The notes below the pieces were generated by a model that saw nothing but the letters and a program-made list of their open reading frames with translations, did not search any database and was not told where the DNA came from. Source: an uncultured Christensenellaceae bacterium (GTDB taxonomy: Bacteria; Bacillota; Clostridia; Christensenellales; UMGS416). From it: 64,000 nt of DNA. Below are positions 60,554-64,000 of the stretch, one piece after another (position 1 is the first letter of the stretch; the number at the start of each line of letters is the position of its first letter). A program made the translations under genes and the position numbers. The stretch covers positions 71,917-135,916 of the forward strand of contig CALWDW010000039.1 in NCBI GenBank assembly GCA_944376795.1, read 5' to 3'.

Positions 60554-60693
60554 GGAACTACCTCCAATTATGTTGCCACAGAAACGCAACTATGCTAAAA
60601 TTAGTGTATCCTGATTTGCCCCATCTGTCAATAATCGGGTACAGGGCGCAGGCCGGGGGATGGATCTGGCTACCGCCCAATGGGAGGAATAGG

Positions 60694-61194
60694 ATGCGGA
60701 TTTTCTCTGCGGTATTTTGGGCTATTTTTTTGCTGCTCTCCGGAGGTGCGCTTTTGCTGCGGCAGGTGTGGAACCGCAGCTTTCGCGTGCTTGCCGTCAT
60801 GGTGGGAATTTTCATCTTCCTAATGGGAATCAGCCTTATGACCACGCCACCTTCTATGGAACCGGATGGAGCGGGTTCCGAGGTCTATATGGATACCGGG
60901 GCTGTTGTCCTTCGCAACGATGCGACGGTGACCTTTGGACAGGTTACGGTAGATCTGACGGAGGCCGAGCCGGGGGAAACCTACCACATTGAGTGTGCCT
61001 TTGGGCAGGCGAAGGTGCTGTTGCCAGCCGATGCGCCTCTGAATGTCAAGGTTTCTGTAGCCTTCGGACAGGTGGAGGAGGAGAACGGATCGGTCAGCTT
61101 TGGCGAATATACGATGCAGTGGGACGGGGAGGGTGAGCCCGTCTATGTTGCGGTGGAGTGTTCCTTTGGCTATGTGTCACTGTGCCGGGCGTAG
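60694..61194 (+). CDS. Membrane protein with a LiaF-C-terminal-like (DUF2154-like) beta-rich domain
   Basis: Two N-terminal TM helices, then 'ATVTFGQVTVDLTEAEPGETYHIECAFGQAKVLLPADAPLNVKVSVAFGQV', the repeating 'FG.v.v.lP' pattern of LiaF-type domains. GGGAGGAATAGG precedes ATG 60694. Confidence 0.6.
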   Translation: MRIFSAVFWAIFLLLSGGALLLRQVWNRSFRVLAVMVGIFIFLMGISLMTTPPSMEPDGAGSEVYMDTGAVVLRNDATVTFGQVTVDLTEAEPGETYHIECAFGQAKVLLPADAPLNVKVSVAFGQVEEENGSVSFGEYTMQWDGEGEPVYVAVECSFGYVSLCRA

Positions 61195-61211
61195 GAATAG
61201 GAACATTGGTG

Positions 61212-61238
61212 CACCGCGGGAATCCGTGGTGTTTTTTT
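61212..61238 (+). terminator. Rho-independent terminator of the LiaF-like gene
   Basis: 'caccgcgg gaat ccgtggtg' (one G-U pair) followed by 'ttttttt'. Confidence 0.7.
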
Positions 61239-61247
61239 ATGCGAATG

Positions 61248-61288
61248 CGAGCGGCCCGGATCCCTGGCAGAGGGATCCGGGCCGCTCG
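61248..61288. terminator. Very stable 18-bp perfect hairpin downstream of the PHP gene (no U-tract)
   Basis: 'cgagcggcccggatccct ggcag agggatccgggccgctcg'. Confidence 0.5.
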
Positions 61289-61307
61289 TAAGGATTTGCG
61301 TCTCGGC

Positions 61308-62228
61308 TTAGTCCAGGAACAGCGGCTGGCTCCAGGCCATCTTGTATGCGGCGTCAACGCACTGGACGCGGACGTACTTGAGCCCCTCCTGGAGCGGATG
61401 CACCACCCGGCGCACGGGCTCGCCGCCGGGAAGCTCATAGGTGGTGTGTCCACCAATGCGCTGGTCCAGAACCTGGACGCGCAGGCAGGAGGAACACTCC
61501 ACAATCAGCCGGCCATCCTCCACATACATGGCGTGAATATCTGGCCCGCAGCTGGCGTAGAAGTGTCCGGCGCGAAGGGCATTGAGAATAGCGGACTGGG
61601 AAAGCTCCTTAGCAAAGACCTGTACCCAGCCTCCGCCCATGTCGTTGTCTCGATGGTTGTCATCGGTGGCTACGGCCCAGATGCGATGGCCTTTATAGAG
61701 CATCTCAGACCAGGCCATGTGGGAGTAGCCGGTATCATCCTCCTGGAGGCAGCCGGTATTGAAGACCTCCATGGCGTCCAGCCCGGTGAAAGAACCATAA
61801 TCACTGTAGTTGGTGTGGGACCAAAAAGGATGAGCCAAAATGACAAAGTTGTCCCGGGCTTTGAGGTTGTCAATAACGGGCTGCACATCGGCAGGCCCGG
61901 TATACTCCCCCGGCAGAGCGTTATAGCGCTCGTCGTGGGCGAAACCCTGGCCGGACGTGCCGATGCAGACCAGGTGGTGGCATTGCTGGGGCTGGCTGCG
62001 GTTGACGTCGGCCTCCATGCCGGGGAGGACCAGCAAGCCATTCATTTCCTGTGCGCCTCGGTAATAGATGCGGTGGTCGGTAATGGCCACAAAGTCATAG
62101 CCTGCGCGGGCAAAGCGAGCAGTATTCTCTTCCGGGGTAAAGGCTCCATCGGAGCGGGTGGTGTGATTGTGGAGGTTTCCACGGTAAAAGCGGCCTTTTT
62201 CCGAACCGAATGCGTTCCAATTCTGCAT
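61308..62228 (-). CDS. PHP-domain metal-dependent phosphoesterase
   Basis: 'YRGNLHNHTTRSDG...AGYDFVAITDH' and 'ILAHP'. The AGGAGG RBS overlaps the stop codon of the upstream AKR gene. The track ORF to 62399 is over-extended. Confidence 0.8.
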   Translation of the reverse strand: MQNWNAFGSEKGRFYRGNLHNHTTRSDGAFTPEENTARFARAGYDFVAITDHRIYYRGAQEMNGLLVLPGMEADVNRSQPQQCHHLVCIGTSGQGFAHDERYNALPGEYTGPADVQPVIDNLKARDNFVILAHPFWSHTNYSDYGSFTGLDAMEVFNTGCLQEDDTGYSHMAWSEMLYKGHRIWAVATDDNHRDNDMGGGWVQVFAKELSQSAILNALRAGHFYASCGPDIHAMYVEDGRLIVECSSCLRVQVLDQRIGGHTTYELPGGEPVRRVVHPLQEGLKYVRVQCVDAAYKMAWSQPLFLD

Positions 62229-62238
62229 GGCTGGCCTC

Positions 62239-63255
62239 CTAGACAATGTGATGTTCCTTGAGGAACTGCTTGTATTGGGCATAGTTACGCTGCAGAAGCG
62301 CAGGAGTATCCAGGTGATACGGGCAGCGGGAGGCGCAGGCACCGCAGTGCTGGCAGTTTTCAATCCGTGCCATCTGCTCCTGCCACTGGGGCGTGACATA
62401 GGGCTGCCAAGGGGAGCGGCCCATAAGCAAGGTCATCCGTGCCGCGTTGTTGATGGGGATGCCGGCCGGGCAGGGGAGGCAGTAACCGCAGCCGCGGCAG
62501 AAGTCCTCGGAGAGCTCCTGGCGCAGGGCGTTGATTTTTTCCCAGACTGCTTCGGTGAGCCGGGGAGGATCGGCCATAAGCTGGAGAATATTGTCCAGCT
62601 CATGACGGTACTGCACGCCCCAGAGGGGAACCACCGGATACTGGGATAGGAAGGCGTAGGAAAGGGAAGCATCCGTAATGAGGCCGCCTGCCAGTGCCTT
62701 CATAGCCAGGATTCCGACGCCGTGCGCTTGGCAAGCCGCGATGACCTCCAGATCCCGGGGCGCGGAGATGCAGGAAAGGGGGAACTGGATGACCTCATAC
62801 AGGCCGCTTTGGGCCGCGGCGATGGCGTTATCTGCGCTGTGATTGGTCAGGCCGATGTGCCGAATGACGCCCTGGGCCTTCCATGCCGCCAGCTGCCGGT
62901 ATAAGGGGCTGTCGGCATCGGGAACCTGGGAAGGATTGTGAAGCTGGTAGATGTCCACATAATCGGTTTGGAGGCAGCGGAGGGTTTCCTCTAGGTGGCG
63001 CTTCATTTCCTCCACGGTGGAGGCGCCGGTCTTGGTGGCGATGATAATGTCCTTGCGCACATCACGGAAGGCGCAGCCGAGCTTTTCCTCACTGTCGCTA
63101 TAGGCGCGGGCCGTGTCATAGAAACGGATGCCTCCCGCATAGGCGGCTTGGAGAATCTCCACGGCCTCCGGCAGGGTGCGCCGCTGAATGGGCAGGGCGC
63201 CAAAACCCGTTCCTTCTACCTGGATCCCGGTATTTCCCAGCAGAATCTTTTGCAT
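62239..63255 (-). CDS. Aldo/keto reductase with a C-terminal double 4Fe-4S ferredoxin-type cysteine motif
   Basis: 'MQKILLGNTGIQVEGTGFGALPIQR...GIRFYDTARAYSDSEEKLG' (AKR), then 'CRGCGYCLPCPAGIPI' and 'CQHCGACASRCP'. GAAAGGAGA precedes ATG 63255. Confidence 0.85.
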   Translation of the reverse strand: MQKILLGNTGIQVEGTGFGALPIQRRTLPEAVEILQAAYAGGIRFYDTARAYSDSEEKLGCAFRDVRKDIIIATKTGASTVEEMKRHLEETLRCLQTDYVDIYQLHNPSQVPDADSPLYRQLAAWKAQGVIRHIGLTNHSADNAIAAAQSGLYEVIQFPLSCISAPRDLEVIAACQAHGVGILAMKALAGGLITDASLSYAFLSQYPVVPLWGVQYRHELDNILQLMADPPRLTEAVWEKINALRQELSEDFCRGCGYCLPCPAGIPINNAARMTLLMGRSPWQPYVTPQWQEQMARIENCQHCGACASRCPYHLDTPALLQRNYAQYKQFLKEHHIV

Positions 63256-63441
63256 AGCTTGTCTCCTTTCGGGGTAGGATGCCTGCGTTTTGCATAGCCT
63301 GATTATACCCCTGCAGGGAGGACTTGGCAAGGACGAAAGATTTCTGACGGATTGGGAAAAAACTTACCAAGTTGCCGGGCTTCCCCTCTTGCCAAGAGGA
63401 ATGGAATGCGGTAGGATAGGGGTAGAATAAAGGAGGATGCT

Positions 63442-63840
63442 GTGGCTGGACGAATTCGTGCGGGATTTGATATGCTGGGCCTGGCTATGTGTGGGGCGGC
63501 GGCGGTGCTCTTCTTTATTCGTTCCCCCTGGACAACGCTGCCGGCCGTTGTGCTCATCGGACTGGCTCTGGTACGGGCGCTCTCTACACGGGTGGAAGCC
63601 CGGCGGGAGGAGGATCGCGCTTTTACCCAAGCCTTTGGCAGAATGGTGGGTGCGCTGCGTCCGTGGGCCTGGCGCTTCACCAACTGGGTGCGGAACCGTA
63701 TGACGTGGGTGCGGGAGCGCCGTAGGTATAAGGTCTTTGTATGCCCGGGCTGCCATCTGCATCAGCGCGTGCCACGCGGCCAGGGGCGGGTCCGGATTCG
63801 CTGCAGAAACTGCGGTACGAGCTTTGAGGGCAAAGCTTAA
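63442..63840 (+). CDS. Hypothetical membrane protein with a C-terminal zinc ribbon
   Basis: Two TM helices, then 'VFVCPGCHLHQRVPRGQGRVRIRCRNCGTSF' (CxxC...CxxC). The GTG start lies 5 nt after AAAGGAGG. The alternative-frame ATG at 63437 abuts the RBS. Confidence 0.55.
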   Translation: MAGRIRAGFDMLGLAMCGAAAVLFFIRSPWTTLPAVVLIGLALVRALSTRVEARREEDRAFTQAFGRMVGALRPWAWRFTNWVRNRMTWVRERRRYKVFVCPGCHLHQRVPRGQGRVRIRCRNCGTSFEGKA

Positions 63841-63867
63841 CCATAGAGCAAGAAAGGATGAACCAAC

Positions 63868-64000
63868 ATGAAAATCACCAAGGATATGACCATTGCACAG
63901 GTGCTGGAGATCAGCCGCCAGACCGCTCCCGTCTTCATGGAGATGGGCATGCACTGCCTGGGCTGCCCCATGTCCTCCGGCGAATCGGTGGAGATGGCCT
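63868..64000 (+). CDS. DUF1858-like small redox-disulfide domain protein; 3' end outside the window
   Basis: 'MKITKDMTIAQVLEISRQTAPVFMEMGMHCLGCPMSSGESVEMA'. The 'M.C.GCPM..gESve.A' pattern is typical of this family (from memory). The ORF is open to the window edge. Confidence 0.7.
   Translation, partial: MKITKDMTIAQVLEISRQTAPVFMEMGMHCLGCPMSSGESVEMA

Overview
This is a 64-kb, visibly GC-rich window. It probably comes from a Clostridia / Oscillospirales-like gut anaerobe. That is inferred from AGGAGG-type RBSs, KtrAB, UppP, YchF, lipobox lipoproteins and CW_binding_1-type repeats; no search was run. Coding density is high, with about 53 genes on both strands. I recognised no rRNA, tRNA, CRISPR array, transposase, integrase or phage gene. 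Most long antisense ORFs in the track are high-GC shadow ORFs, and several track ORFs are over-extended at the 5' end; I re-set those starts using RBS spacing and family N-termini.

Housekeeping genes (rlmH, ppk1, ktrAB, ychF, uppP, htrA, pepF, pepV, radC, a dGTPase-like HD protein) are interleaved with a strongly carbohydrate-oriented accessory set:
- YhcH and NagB
- GH42 and GH35-like beta-galactosidases and a GH38 alpha-mannosidase
- two paralogous unassigned GH-like TIM-barrel proteins
- a five-gene Opp/Dpp-type ABC importer with an oversized lipoprotein SBP behind an AT-rich leader
- a FucI-like / SDR / DgoD-like set
- an operon of one xylose-isomerase-like TIM barrel plus two Gfo/Idh/MocA oxidoreductases

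I did not find a clear self-contained novel system such as a defence island or mobile element. The best candidates for follow-up are:
1. a GtrA flippase-like domain fused to a GT2 domain whose catalytic motifs are substituted, with an intact GT2 paralog 20 kb away
2. an ECF-type sigma factor with a ~260-aa soluble C-terminal domain and no anti-sigma gene
3. a tail-anchored HEPN-like (Rx5H) protein with a ~250-aa Arg/Pro-rich spacer
4. the TIM-barrel + 2x GFO operon as a possible oxidative, non-hydrolytic glycoside-cleavage module
5. a cytoplasmic beta-helix-GNAT fusion
6. an internally deleted GH38-N-like pseudogene

All family names are from my own reading of the translations and need profile searches.
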